Origin: Pseudomonadota bacterium | Lineage (GTDB): Bacteria > Bdellovibrionota_G > JALEGL01 > DATDPG01 | DNA length: 64,000 nucleotides | Direction of reading: 5' to 3' | Assembly (NCBI GenBank): GCA_043809315.1 | Contig: JAZDDX010000016.1 | Coordinates: 64,001 to 128,000, forward strand | Shown: piece after piece, positions 18,576 through 30,601 of the stretch | How the letters are laid out: the number at the start of each line of letters is the position of its first letter | Numbering within the stretch: the stretch's first letter is position 1 | The notes under the pieces: generated by a model | Told to the model about the DNA's origin: nothing | The model's input: only the letters and a program-made list of their open reading frames with translations | The model's database searches: none | Made by a program: the position numbers and the translations under genes

Positions 18576-19094
18576 CTAGAAGTTCCAGCTCAAGCCGACG
18601 CGGATCAGCTCCAGGCTCAGGAGGTTTGGCGTGCCGCTCCAGACGATCTGAGAGATCCCGATCTCACCGATGAGCGCCAGGTTATCCATCCCGGTCAGCG
18701 CGCGAAGATTCCACTCGGCGCCGGCGGCGAAGTTCCAGCCAAACTCGTTGCGGGGGCTCAAGTGGTAGAGAAACCGCGGAATAAAATACGGGTTCAATGT
18801 CGCTTCCGGAAAGATGAAGAGCTTCGGCCCGACCCCCAACCCCATCCGTTGGGACCCGGTGAGCCCGATGTTGAAGTTGAGGAGCATCGCCCACTGCTCC
18901 TCCATGAAGTACGAAAGATCGATCCCGACCAATGCGTCCCCGCGACCGACCGTCGGCTTCAGGCGGACCGGATCCGCGAACGAAAGACCGATCGCCCCTG
19001 CCCTCTCGATCGCCCGGGCAGAAAGAGGCTGCAACAATGTCCAACAGAGAAAAAGGCCGAGAATCCAGCGGTTTGACACCCTCACCCCCCTCAC
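18576..19094 (-). CDS. Small outer-membrane beta-barrel protein
   Basis: Signal peptide, alternating amphipathic strands, C-terminus VGLSWNF. Confidence 0.7.
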   Translation of the reverse strand: MRGVRVSNRWILGLFLCWTLLQPLSARAIERAGAIGLSFADPVRLKPTVGRGDALVGIDLSYFMEEQWAMLLNFNIGLTGSQRMGLGVGPKLFIFPEATLNPYFIPRFLYHLSPRNEFGWNFAAGAEWNLRALTGMDNLALIGEIGISQIVWSGTPNLLSLELIRVGLSWNF

Positions 19095-19111
19095 GTAATC
19101 ACCTCAGGATC

Positions 19112-20308
19112 ATGCGTGCAAGAGTTCTCGTTGCCGCCATCGTACTTCTCGGATCGCTTGCGGCCCGTGCCGGCGAAACGATCCCGAACATTCAAACCGG
19201 GTATGAGAACGGCTTCTTCCTAAAGACCGACGATGACCGATTCCGCTTCAAGTTCGGAAGCCGCGTCGTTTTTGGCTTCAGCGAGGGGATCCTTTCCACC
19301 GCGCTGAACTACGGGAAGTTCGACGCTCTCTATGCGAAGTTCTTCGCCGGGGGAAATGCCTTCGGTGCGGACCTCCAGTACTACTTCGAGGCCGCCGCCG
19401 CTTCCAACCCGCGCCCGATCGGCCCGGTCCCGAACCCAGCTTCCAACGCCGGGACGTTCGTCCTCGACGATTATTTCGTCCGGTACCTTCACGGCGACAT
19501 GATCTTGAAGCTCGGCCGGTTCAAGGTTCCGTTCGGCCGGGGATGGACCGTTTTGGATTCGAGCCTCGAGTTCGTAAACCGCTCGGGAGCGGTTCAGGCG
19601 TTCACGTTCGGCCGCGACCTCGGCGTCGCCTTCACCTGGGAACGCCCGGCGTTCGCGGCCACCGCAGGGATCTTCAACGGCGGGAGAGACACGAAACTGG
19701 GAGTCGGATACGACGTATTTGCCTTCACGCCGGCCACTCCCCCCGCTGCGACGGTGGGCGGAAACGGTTTTCTCTACGTCGCCCGCGTCGTCGCCATGCC
19801 GTTCGGCCCGGCCGGTAATACGGAAGGGGATGTTGAGGATAGCGAAGGATCGCGACTGGATCTCGGAGCCGGAGCGGTTCTCGACCACCGGAGGGATGCC
19901 GACTTCAACTGGGATGGTGTTCTCGACGATACGAAGGTGAGCGTTCTGACTGCCGCGACCGACATCACCTGGAAGCGGGAGGGGAAATCGGTTCAAGGAG
20001 AATTTTTCTATCGGAAGATCTACGCGGCCGCGACCCCGGAAACGACGGGGATGGGATTCTATCTGCAGCCGGGGTATTTCCTGGTCCCTAGGAAACTGGA
20101 GCTGGCCGGAAGGCTCGGTTGGCTCGATCCCGACCTCGACAAACCGGGAGACCGGATCTGGGAGGCAGCCGGCGCGTTGAACCTTCACTTTTCGGGCGAT
20201 CACCGGTACAAGACTCAGCTCCAGTACGCCTGGAAGCGATTTGACGACAGGGTGGCGGGCCCGAAGGACGACCACTTCATTGATTTGGTATTTCAACTCA
20301 CGATCTAG
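19112..20308 (+). CDS. Porin, OprO/OprP-like
   Basis: GFFLKT.D, GRFKVPFG, GRDLG, GFYLQPGYF and C-terminal FQLTI. Confidence 0.75.
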   Translation: MRARVLVAAIVLLGSLAARAGETIPNIQTGYENGFFLKTDDDRFRFKFGSRVVFGFSEGILSTALNYGKFDALYAKFFAGGNAFGADLQYYFEAAAASNPRPIGPVPNPASNAGTFVLDDYFVRYLHGDMILKLGRFKVPFGRGWTVLDSSLEFVNRSGAVQAFTFGRDLGVAFTWERPAFAATAGIFNGGRDTKLGVGYDVFAFTPATPPAATVGGNGFLYVARVVAMPFGPAGNTEGDVEDSEGSRLDLGAGAVLDHRRDADFNWDGVLDDTKVSVLTAATDITWKREGKSVQGEFFYRKIYAAATPETTGMGFYLQPGYFLVPRKLELAGRLGWLDPDLDKPGDRIWEAAGALNLHFSGDHRYKTQLQYAWKRFDDRVAGPKDDHFIDLVFQLTI

Positions 20309-20317
20309 GGGGCGGAA

Positions 20318-21058
20318 ATGGCGATGTTGAACGGAAAGGTCGGGGTCATCACGGGGGGTGCTCGCGGAATCGGGCGCTCGATCGCTGAGGCATTCGTCCG
20401 AGAGAAGGCGAAGGTGGCGCTCATCGACATGAACGAGAAGGATCTCGCCGACGCAGCCGCCCTGCTGCGCGAACAGGGGGGCGAGGTCATGACCGTCGTC
20501 GCCAACGTCACGAAGGCGGACGACGTCGACCGCTTCGTCGACGAGGTGACGAAAAAGTTCGGGACGATCGACATCCTCGTCAACAACGCCGGAATCACAC
20601 GGGACGGGCTTCTGTTCCGGATGTCGGAGGAGAACTTCGATTCCGTCATCGCCGTAAATCTGAAAGGGGTATTCCTCTGCGGGCGCGCTTGCGCCAAGGT
20701 GATGTTCAAGAAGAAGTACGGGAAGATCGTGAATATCTCTTCGATCGCACGGCACGGGAATTTCGGCCAGTCGAACTACAGCGCGACGAAGGCCGGGGTG
20801 GTCGGGATGACGAAGACTTGGGCGCAGGAGCTTTCACGCTACAATATCAACGTCAACGCCGTCGCCCCGGGGTTCATCGCCACCGAAATGACGGCGGCGA
20901 TCCCCGCCGACGTTCGCGAGACGATGGTCAAACAGATCCCGCTCGGACGGCCGGGGGAAGCGAAAGAGGTGGCGGAGTTGGTCACCTTCCTGTCGTCGGA
21001 TGCGGCGGCATACATTCAAGGGGAGGTCGTCGGGATCAACGGCGGCCTTCATATGTAA
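20318..21058 (+). CDS. fabG: 3-oxoacyl-ACP reductase
   Basis: TGGARGIG, NNAGITRD, YSATK and APGFI motifs. Confidence 0.88.
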   Translation: MAMLNGKVGVITGGARGIGRSIAEAFVREKAKVALIDMNEKDLADAAALLREQGGEVMTVVANVTKADDVDRFVDEVTKKFGTIDILVNNAGITRDGLLFRMSEENFDSVIAVNLKGVFLCGRACAKVMFKKKYGKIVNISSIARHGNFGQSNYSATKAGVVGMTKTWAQELSRYNINVNAVAPGFIATEMTAAIPADVRETMVKQIPLGRPGEAKEVAELVTFLSSDAAAYIQGEVVGINGGLHM

Positions 21059-21079
21059 GAACGGAAAAGGAGAAATCGC

Positions 21080-22333
21080 GTGAACTATAAAGTGAAAGAG
21101 ATCAACCTGGCGCCGCAGGGGCTGAACAAGATCGCTTGGGCGGAGAGCCGGATGCCGGTCCTGATGGCGCTTCGGAAAAAGTACAAGACCTCGAAACCGT
21201 TCAAAGGAATCAAGATCGCGGGATGCCTCCATGTTACGAAAGAGACGGCCGTGCTGGTCGAAACACTCGTGGCCGCCGGCGCGGAAGTGGCCTGGAGCGG
21301 CTGCAACCCGCTCTCGACCCAGGATGACGTCGCCGCAGCCCTCGCGTCGAAAGGGATTTCGATTTACGCCTGGTACGGAATGTCGACCGAGGAGTTCTAT
21401 CAGTCGATCGATGACGTGCTCCGCTTTCAGCCTCACCTGACGCTGGATGACGGAGCGGATCTCATCTTCTCGGTCCACAAGCGGCATCCGGAGCTAGCTG
21501 CAACTGTAATCGGAGGTACTGAAGAGACCACGACCGGCGTCCACCGCCTGCGGGCGATGGCGGCCGACAACGCCCTCAAGTACCCGGTCTTCGCGGTGAA
21601 CGATTCCGAGACCAAGTGCGAATTCGATAACGTCTACGGCACCGGCCAGTCTTCGCTCGACGGGATCTTGCGAGCAACCAGCATCCTTCTCGCGGGACGG
21701 AACTTCGTCGTGGCCGGTTACGGCCACTGCGGCCGTGGCGTGGCGATGCGCGCCAAGGGGATGGGAGCGAATACGATCGCGACCGAGATCGACGCCGTGG
21801 CGTCGCTCCGGGCTACCCTCGAGGGGCACCGGGTCATGACGATGGATGAGGCGGCGTCGCTGGGCGACATCTTCATCACCGCAACGGGAATGATCGACGT
21901 CATCACGAAGAAGCATTTCGAGAAGATGAAGGACGGCGCGGTCGTCTGCAACACCGGCCACTACGACTGTGAGATCAACATCAAGGATCTCGAGAGCCTC
22001 GCGGCCGAGGTGAAAGAGATCCGGCCCCACAACCAGGAGTACCGCCTCAAAAACGGAAAACGGATCTACCTTCTGGCGCAGGGACGGCTGGTCAACCTCG
22101 TAGCGGCGGAAGGGCATCCGTCCGAAGTCATGGACATGTCGTTCGCGAACCAGTTCCTGGCTCTCCTCCACCTGGCGCGCGAGGGGAAGAAAATGGAACG
22201 AAAGGTTTACGTCCTACCGAAGGAATTGGACCAGGAGATCGCGGGACTCAAGCTGGAGACCCTGGGGATCCGAATCGACAAGCTGACCCCCGAGCAGGAG
22301 AAGTACAGCTCGAACTACGCGGCCGGAACCTGA
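21080..22333 (+). CDS. ahcY: Adenosylhomocysteinase
   Basis: GCNPLSTQD, EETTTG, FDN.YGTG and GRLVNL..AEGHP motifs. Confidence 0.96.
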   Translation: MNYKVKEINLAPQGLNKIAWAESRMPVLMALRKKYKTSKPFKGIKIAGCLHVTKETAVLVETLVAAGAEVAWSGCNPLSTQDDVAAALASKGISIYAWYGMSTEEFYQSIDDVLRFQPHLTLDDGADLIFSVHKRHPELAATVIGGTEETTTGVHRLRAMAADNALKYPVFAVNDSETKCEFDNVYGTGQSSLDGILRATSILLAGRNFVVAGYGHCGRGVAMRAKGMGANTIATEIDAVASLRATLEGHRVMTMDEAASLGDIFITATGMIDVITKKHFEKMKDGAVVCNTGHYDCEINIKDLESLAAEVKEIRPHNQEYRLKNGKRIYLLAQGRLVNLVAAEGHPSEVMDMSFANQFLALLHLAREGKKMERKVYVLPKELDQEIAGLKLETLGIRIDKLTPEQEKYSSNYAAGT

Positions 22334-23256
22334 TCGCGGTACCACTCGAAACAGAAACGGAGACCATCCGCGAGTGTCGTCGTCGGTTTCCATCCGAGCT
22401 GCTTGGCCGCCAGGCCAACATCCGCCAGGGAGTGCCGGATATCCCCCGCCCGGGCTGGTTCGTGTTTCGAACCGGTCTTCGCCCCCGTGAGTTTCTGGAT
22501 GACCGCGGCCAGCTCGTTGATGGTAATCTTCTTCCCTCCGGCGATGTTGAACACTTCTCCCGCCGCATTCTCCAGAACGGATGCTTTGAGATTCGCGCTC
22601 ACCACATCGGTCACGAACGTGAAATCGCGGGTCTGCTCCCCGTCGCCGTAGATCACCGGGGCTCTCCCCCGTAGAAACGCATCGAAGAATTTGGGGACGA
22701 CCGCCGCGTACTGGGATTCCGGGTCCTGCCTCGGCCCATAGACGTTGAAGTACCGGAGCGAAACCGTCCGCATTCCGTACGAGACAGCGAACGATCGGCA
22801 GTACGATTCCTGCCCCATCTTCGTCGCCGCATAGGGGGAAAACGGGTTCGGCGGCATATTTTCCCGCTTCGGAAGCTCGGGGGTATCGCCGTAGGCCGAT
22901 GAAGAAGCTGCGTTCACGAAGCTCTTTACCTTCGCGTCGCGCGCCGCGATCAACATTTGAAGCGTGCCGGTTGCATTCGCATGGTGAGAAGCCATCGGGT
23001 GCTCGACCGACCGGGGGACCGACCCGATCGCCGCCTGATGAAAGACGAAATCGACGTCGCGGACCGCTTCCGCCGCCGCCTTGGGATCGGCGACATCCCC
23101 CTCGATGAAGCGGACCCTCGCTACATCATCCCCCAGGTTCTCCATTTTGCCGCTGGAAAGATCGTCCAGGATCACCACCTCGTCCCCGCGCATCAACAAG
23201 GCCTCGACGATATGGGATCCAATGAATCCCGCTCCTCCGGTAACCAAACATTTCAT
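22315..23256 (-). CDS. NAD-dependent nucleotide-sugar epimerase/dehydratase (SDR)
   Basis: MKCLVTGGAGFIGSH, SVPRS, YAATK and RYFNVYGPRQ motifs. Confidence 0.92.
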   Translation of the reverse strand: MKCLVTGGAGFIGSHIVEALLMRGDEVVILDDLSSGKMENLGDDVARVRFIEGDVADPKAAAEAVRDVDFVFHQAAIGSVPRSVEHPMASHHANATGTLQMLIAARDAKVKSFVNAASSSAYGDTPELPKRENMPPNPFSPYAATKMGQESYCRSFAVSYGMRTVSLRYFNVYGPRQDPESQYAAVVPKFFDAFLRGRAPVIYGDGEQTRDFTFVTDVVSANLKASVLENAAGEVFNIAGGKKITINELAAVIQKLTGAKTGSKHEPARAGDIRHSLADVGLAAKQLGWKPTTTLADGLRFCFEWYRDQVPAA

Positions 23257-23278
23257 CGGGTGCCACCATATCACCAGA

Positions 23279-23306
23279 TTGACAGACCGAAAACGGTGGG
23301 TATGAT
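23279..23306 (+). promoter_or_regulatory. Sigma70-type promoter of efp
   Basis: TTGACA-16 nt-TATGAT. Confidence 0.7.
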
Positions 23307-23316
23307 CCGCGCCCCA

Positions 23317-23877
23317 ATGCCCTCTGCGAAACAGATCAAGGTCGGGATGACCATTATGTTCGAAGGGGAGCTCTGGCGCGTTCTCACCAAGGACATCATC
23401 GCCCCCGGAAACTGGCGGGCATTCGTCCAGGCAAAGCTCCGGAATGTCCTTCGCGGCACCCAGAAGGAGCACCGTTTCTCGGCCGACGAGGAGATCGAGC
23501 GCGCGATCCTCGACAAGCGCCCGATGGACTACCTCTACCACGACGGAAGCGTTTATCATTTCATGGATCCGACCACCTTCGAGCAGATCCAGCTTTCCGA
23601 CGACATGATCGGCGATGCGGCGAAATATCTGATCCCCAACAGCCAGATCTTTGTCGAGTCGTACGATGACAAACCGATCGGGGTCGAACTCCCCCCGACG
23701 ATCAAGCTGAAGGTTAAAGAGACGGAGCAGCGTCTCAAGACCGCGACGGTCACGAATACCTACAAGCAGGCGACGCTCGAGAGCGGCCTGATCGTCCAGG
23801 TCCCCCCGTTTATCACAGAAGGGGAGCTGGTCGAGATCGATACCGTCACCGGCGAGTACCTCGGGCGAGCGAAGTAA
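23317..23877 (+). CDS. efp: Elongation factor P (PGNW loop type)
   Basis: APGNWRAFV, YLY.DG, FMDP..FEQ, VELP and KQATLESG..VQVPPFI motifs. Confidence 0.95.
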   Translation: MPSAKQIKVGMTIMFEGELWRVLTKDIIAPGNWRAFVQAKLRNVLRGTQKEHRFSADEEIERAILDKRPMDYLYHDGSVYHFMDPTTFEQIQLSDDMIGDAAKYLIPNSQIFVESYDDKPIGVELPPTIKLKVKETEQRLKTATVTNTYKQATLESGLIVQVPPFITEGELVEIDTVTGEYLGRAK

Positions 23878-23927
23878 CACCCAAGTCTTTTCTTGAGCGA
23901 ACTTGTTCACGTGCTACCCTTACGCTC

Positions 23928-24311
23928 GTGATGAATTTCTCCTGTCCCTTGATTTCGACGGTAATTGCCGTTGTCCTGACCTCCTCCGCCTTTGCCCAGG
24001 GTGGAGATGTCTGTTGCGTCCTCGGGAAAAAGATCGGCGAAAGCGCATCGACGACGGCCGTCCCCCGTTCCCCCTCTCAATGCGTTGCCGGAACCGTCGA
24101 GGACGGACAGACGGTCTGTCTCGCCAAGAGTGACCCGAACAATGACTGTCCGATGCTCGGAGAAAAAGAGCGTTGTTCGATCTGCGGTTTCTTCTGGGCC
24201 GGCAAAGACTGTCTCTCCTCGGACCCGGTCAAGAAGGCGAAAGAAGAGTTGAAGAAGGAAGAGGAAAAGAAGAAAAAAGGGACTCCCAAGCCCGAAGTGA
24301 ACCTCCCCTAG
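23928..24311 (+). CDS. Small secreted Cys-rich hypothetical protein
   Basis: Signal peptide ending AFA, eight Cys in the mature part, Lys/Glu-rich tail. Confidence 0.65.
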   Translation: MMNFSCPLISTVIAVVLTSSAFAQGGDVCCVLGKKIGESASTTAVPRSPSQCVAGTVEDGQTVCLAKSDPNNDCPMLGEKERCSICGFFWAGKDCLSSDPVKKAKEELKKEEEKKKKGTPKPEVNLP

Positions 24312-24335
24312 ACCCTCGAAACCTGAAAAATTAAT

Positions 24336-24726
24336 GCGAGCAGGTCTGTAAGCCGAGTCCTGTCCCCGGCTTGCGCCGGGTGACGATCATTCCTCTAGGC
24401 GGCCGGTTACCCGGCCGCTCCAGCAGCCTACCCGGGGACGTAACGAGAAAGGGCTTGCTCTAGTCCCCCTATTTGGCCTTGCTCCGGAAGGGGTTTACCG
24501 CACGGCCGCTCTCACGGCTCTCGTGGGGGAGCTCTTACCTCCCCGTTTCACCCTTGCCTGATCCCTATGAATCTCCGGAGAAATTCAGAGGGCCATCGGC
24601 GGTCTGCTCTCTGTTGCACTTTCCGACGCTCGCGCGCCCTGGACGTTATCCAGCTTCCTGCCCTTTGGGAGCTCGGACTTTCCTCCCCGGGGTTTGCACC
24701 CCGCGGCGACCGCCCGACCTGCTCGC
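24336..24726 (-). ncRNA. rnpB: RNase P RNA, bacterial type A
   Basis: Minus strand GAGGAAAGTCCGAGC near the 5' end and CTCGGCTTA near the 3' end; terminal helix GCGAGCAGGTC/GACCTGCTCGC. Confidence 0.95.
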
Positions 24727-24809
24727 GTGAGGGTACGTACCACATGCGCTTCCCCGCCACCAGAGTCCGGGAACCTGACTTCTACCCCTCAATTTGTTAA
24801 TGAAAGGCC

Positions 24810-25727
24810 ATGGACGGGACCCGGAACCGTTGGCTTGCCTCCTTCCTTTCGCTCGTCTTCCTTGGCTTAGGACAGATTTACTGCGGCCGGCTTCGACGCG
24901 GTTTGATCTTCGTGCTGATCGAAACACTTGCACTCTTGATTTGTCGGGTTTCCGTGCGCGCCGTCTCCACGGCAGCTTTCCTAAACCTGTTCTATTTGGC
25001 AGTCGTCTTGGGTATTGCCACACGGCTGGTCTGTGCCCTGGATGGATTTCTCCTCGCCCGGCAGACTGGATCCGGTTTTCAACCTCAATGGTTTAATCGA
25101 ATTCGGTATTACTTTCTCTTTATTGTGTTGTTACTGGTTGCCAACCAACTCCTAGTTGTTTACCCAGCACTGAAAACGTACTGGATACCGACAACCACCA
25201 TGGCGCCCGCGATTCTCCCCGGCGACTGGATTCTCGCGGATGCCCGGCACGACATCAGAGACGTGCCAGGGTCCATTCACAGAGGAGATGTCGTGACGTT
25301 TCCACGGGGAGCTGACAATCCCAAAATATTTGTCAAGCGCGTCGTGGGTCTTCCGGGAGATAATATTACGATCGACGGGACTTCGGTGAGGGTGAACGGA
25401 CGCGAACTCCAGCACCCCATTGAGAAGAGGGGAAAACAATCATTCATGATTGACTCCCTTGCGCCGTATCAATTCTTTCGAGAGCGGGGGGACAGAGTAA
25501 CTTACGAGGTCGTATGGTCCACAAAGCTCCGTGCGGAAAGGAAGGAGTTTACCGTTAAGCCACAAGCCGTTTTTCTCATGGGAGACGATCGCAGCAACTC
25601 GGTGGACTCTCGAATCTTCGGCGATGTTCCGATCGCCGATCTCCTCGCACGTGTGCGGGTGATCTTTTTTTCCTGGAGTGACGGCGGTATTCGCTGGAAT
25701 CGGATCGGGACACCCCTCGATGAGTAG
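24810..25727 (+). CDS. Signal peptidase I-like protein (S26) with extra N-terminal TM region; Thr at the catalytic Ser position
   Basis: IPTTTMAP, RGDVV.F, FVKRVVGLPGD and MGDDRSNSVDSR motifs. Confidence 0.85.
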   Translation: MDGTRNRWLASFLSLVFLGLGQIYCGRLRRGLIFVLIETLALLICRVSVRAVSTAAFLNLFYLAVVLGIATRLVCALDGFLLARQTGSGFQPQWFNRIRYYFLFIVLLLVANQLLVVYPALKTYWIPTTTMAPAILPGDWILADARHDIRDVPGSIHRGDVVTFPRGADNPKIFVKRVVGLPGDNITIDGTSVRVNGRELQHPIEKRGKQSFMIDSLAPYQFFRERGDRVTYEVVWSTKLRAERKEFTVKPQAVFLMGDDRSNSVDSRIFGDVPIADLLARVRVIFFSWSDGGIRWNRIGTPLDE

Positions 25728-25740
25728 TGCTTAGCAGCTA

Positions 25741-25788
25741 GGATACACGACTGGACCCGAACTAATTCCGATACAGTCGTGTGTCCCC
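25741..25788. repeat. Palindromic intergenic element between convergent genes
   Basis: GGATACACGACTG...CAGTCGTGTGTCCCC; ends in GTGTCCCC like the 4806 and 30919 elements. Confidence 0.6.
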
Positions 25789-25791
25789 AAT

Positions 25792-26196
25792 TTAGACCGG
25801 CTGATCCAGCGCCTGGTTGGCCAGCTCGTCGGCGCGGTCGTTCTCGTCGCGGGGGATGTGGTTGATCGTGAACGCCTGGAACTGTTTCGACAGCTCCTGC
25901 GCCTCCGCCCAGAGGTTCTTCAGAAACGCGTCGCGGATCTGGTACTGCCCGGTCATCTGCCGGACCATCAGCTGCGAGTCGGCGCGGATCTCCACCCCCT
26001 CGAACTGCTTCTCTTTGGCGAGTTTGAGCGCCTCCACCATCGCGGTGTACTCTGCCCGATTGTTGGTCGTCCGTCCGAGCGGCCGGGAGATCGTCGCCAA
26101 CTCAGCTCCGGCCGGGTCCTGCAACGAAACGCCGATCCCCGCCGCCCCCGGATTTCCCCGGGAAGCCCCATCCACATAGATCACGCAAGTTCTCAT
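25792..26196 (-). CDS. rnhA: Ribonuclease HI family protein
   Basis: DGASRGNPG, TNNRAEY, DSQL and N.RADELAN motifs. Confidence 0.88.
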   Translation of the reverse strand: MRTCVIYVDGASRGNPGAAGIGVSLQDPAGAELATISRPLGRTTNNRAEYTAMVEALKLAKEKQFEGVEIRADSQLMVRQMTGQYQIRDAFLKNLWAEAQELSKQFQAFTINHIPRDENDRADELANQALDQPV

Positions 26197-26207
26197 AAAT
26201 CTCCCTC

Positions 26208-26927
26208 TTAAGCCGTCTTGGTCCCGGTCGCGTACAACAGCCGCTGACAGTTCGGACATTGATATATTCCTGCCCCGCGGCGGAGGATTTCGTTCTCCAT
26301 CTGCGGCGGAACGTTCATGAAACACCCCTGACATGCCCCGGCGATCACCGCGACGAGAGCGTCCTTGTATTTGCGCTCCCGGATCATCCGGTACTTCGAG
26401 AGAAGACCGCGGTCGATCCCCCCCTCCAACGTCTTCCGTTCCTGCTCCTTGGCGTGCAGCAGGCTATCGAACTCCACCTTCTTCGTCGCCGCATCCGACA
26501 TCGTGCCGTCCAACGTCGCCCGGAGTGCCGCCAGATCCGCCTCCAGCTGCGTGGACAAGGTCACCAACCGGTCGATCTCGGCGTTCCGCTGCGCGATCTG
26601 CTCCTGCAGCTCCGTATTCGATCGTTCCGTGGTCTCGATCTCCCGTCGCATCGCCTGATACTCGTAGTTCGTCTTGATCTCGTTGATCCGCATCTTGCTC
26701 TTCTTGAGGCGGATCTCCTCCAAACGGAGCGTCTCCTGGAAATCGGACCGCTCTTTTTCGAACGCCGCAAGCTGCGTTTTCGCCGTATCGAGCTGTTTTT
26801 TCTTCTCGTCGTACTCCCCCTGCGCCCTCGCCTGGCGCTGCGGGGCCTCCAGCGCCCCGGTACGGAGACCGTCCACCTCTCCATCCAATCTCTGCAACGT
26901 CAACAACTGTTCGATCATGTCTGCCAC
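26208..26927 (-). CDS. Coiled-coil protein with C4-type zinc ribbon (DUF164-like)
   Basis: LQRLD start, long coiled coil, CQGC...CPNC.RLLY. Confidence 0.9.
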   Translation of the reverse strand: MADMIEQLLTLQRLDGEVDGLRTGALEAPQRQARAQGEYDEKKKQLDTAKTQLAAFEKERSDFQETLRLEEIRLKKSKMRINEIKTNYEYQAMRREIETTERSNTELQEQIAQRNAEIDRLVTLSTQLEADLAALRATLDGTMSDAATKKVEFDSLLHAKEQERKTLEGGIDRGLLSKYRMIRERKYKDALVAVIAGACQGCFMNVPPQMENEILRRGAGIYQCPNCQRLLYATGTKTA

Positions 26928-26946
26928 ATCATTTCCCCACTTCTAG

Positions 26947-27019
26947 TGGGCCCTCCTGGATTCGAACCAGGGACCTGCCGGTTATGAGCCGGTGGCTCTT
27001 ACCGCTGAGCTAAGGGCCC
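26947..27019 (-). tRNA. tRNA with CAT anticodon, most likely tRNA-Ile2 (CCA not fully encoded)
   Basis: GGGCCCTTAGCTCAG...CTCATAA...GGTTCGAATCC...GGGCCCA cloverleaf; lies directly downstream of rpoD. Confidence 0.9.
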
Positions 27020-27023
27020 GTTA

Positions 27024-28774
<1,751 letters not shown>

Positions 28775-28778
<4 letters not shown>

Positions 28779-30553
28779 GCTCGTCTCCCCTGCTCCCGCA
28801 AATCTTTCCGCTTCAATTCCTGCACCCGCACCGACAACGCCCGAACCCCTTCCAGGTCCCCCGCCGTCTCCGCCGATGCCACAGCCTTGGTAAGTCTCGA
28901 AATCTCTCGTCCCCGCAATTTCTTGAGGCAATCGTCCCAGATCTGCTCCCATGCACCTGCGTAGTCGGTCACCGGGTCCATGAACACTTTCGTCAAAAGC
29001 GGGCGCGAGCCTTCGTCGTACCAGGCGTCGACAAACGACGACGCCGACGAATCCTCGCTGCTCAAAACCTCGATCTTCTCGAGCCAACCTTTTGCCGCCG
29101 TCGCAGTCTGCTCGGATGAGAAGAGCGACAACACTTCGCCGTTCGCGAGGCGTTCGCGAATCTGCGGAACCTCGGCTGCCAATCGGAGAAGCGCCAGCTC
29201 CTCCGGCGGAATCTTATCGGCGGCACGGGCCGGGGGGCCGGCCGCGGGAACCGAGCGAAGTGAAACAAATGCGCGCGCCGGTTTTTCCCCACGCAGGACT
29301 GTCTTTTCGAGCCCCGTCAGCTTGGACGCCTCCTCGAGAATCGCTTCGCGCAGGTAGAGGTTCGAAGTCCCCTTCACCAGCTCAACGAGCTCCTCGATCG
29401 TGACCGCCTTCTTCGTGACGTCCGATTCGTTCCGATAGAACTCGCGAACGACGAACGGAAGAATCGCCTCCGCTTCGGTGACCAGCTTCACGAACGCCTC
29501 TTTCCCCTTCTGCTGGACGAACGTGTCGGGATCGAACCCGTCGGGAAGAAGTGCCGCCCTCGCCCGCAACCCCTCCGAAAGAAGCGGGCGCATCGAGCGT
29601 CGGGAAGCGGTCCGGCCGGCGGTGTCGCCGTCGAAGATCACCACGACCTCGTCGGCATATTTCTTGAGCAGCTTTGCATGTGTTTCCGTGAGGGCCGTTC
29701 CGGAAGTCGCGACCGTATTCCGGATCCCCGCTTCAAACAACGTCACTTGATCGAGATACCCTTCGACGACGAGAATCGTCTTCTCCCGCCGGATCGTCTC
29801 GTCCGCTTCGTGAAGTCCGAAGAGCAGACGTCCCTTGTCGAAAACCGGCGTCTGAGGCGTGTTGAGATATTTCGGACTCCCGTCCCCCAGAATCCGCCCG
29901 CCGAACCCGACGGTCTCCCCATCGGGATCTTGGATGGGGAAAAGAAGGCGCGAACGGAACAGATCGTAATGCCCGCCATCCCGCTTGCGGCCGATCAGCC
30001 CCGCGCGGACCGCGTCGGCAAGGGGCTGGCCGTCCCGTTCGATCGCACGAACGAGTGTGTCCCACCCTTCGGGGGCGTACCCAATCTTGAGACGCTTGGC
30101 GCATTCCATGGAAAGGCCACGCTTTTCCGCATAAGCCCGAGCCCCTTTTGCAACATCAGATTCCATGAACGCCTGGTGATACCGATCGCGGGCGTAGGCG
30201 AGAATCTTGAAGATCTTCTTCTTCTCTTCCTTCCGTGCCTCGATCTCCTTCGCTTCCTTCTGATATTGGGCGAGATCGACCCCGGCCAATGCGGCCAGAC
30301 GCTCCAACGCTTCGGGAAACGTCAGGCGATGGTATTTCATGATGAAATTGAAAACCGTTCCCCCTTCGCCGCACCCGAAGCAGTGGAACAATTGTTTGGT
30401 TTCGCTGACGGTGAACGACGGGGATTTTTCGTGATGGAACGGGCAGAGCCCCGCGAAGTTCCGGCCCGACTTTTTCAGCGGAACGACCTCGCCGATGATA
30501 CGGACCAGATCGACTCGGCTGCGGATCTCGTCAATGACTTCGCTCGGTACCAA
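28775..30553 (-). CDS. dnaG: DNA primase
   Basis: CPFH...CFGC zinc finger, KYLNT, VEGYLD and FDGD motifs. Confidence 0.96.
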
Positions 30554-30601
30554 ACAACCACCTTCGTACCTGCGAGTCGGAAGGATGATGAAACCGCCGA
30601 C

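Noticed and set aside
22315-23910. 531-aa ORF suggesting an N-terminally extended epimerase
   Set aside because: The extension is the antisense of efp; the real protein starts at MKCLVTGG (23256).
26947-27019. tRNA-Met assignment, or use as an integration site
   Set aside because: Sequence and position after rpoD fit Ile2 better; no duplicated tRNA 3' end or integrase is present.
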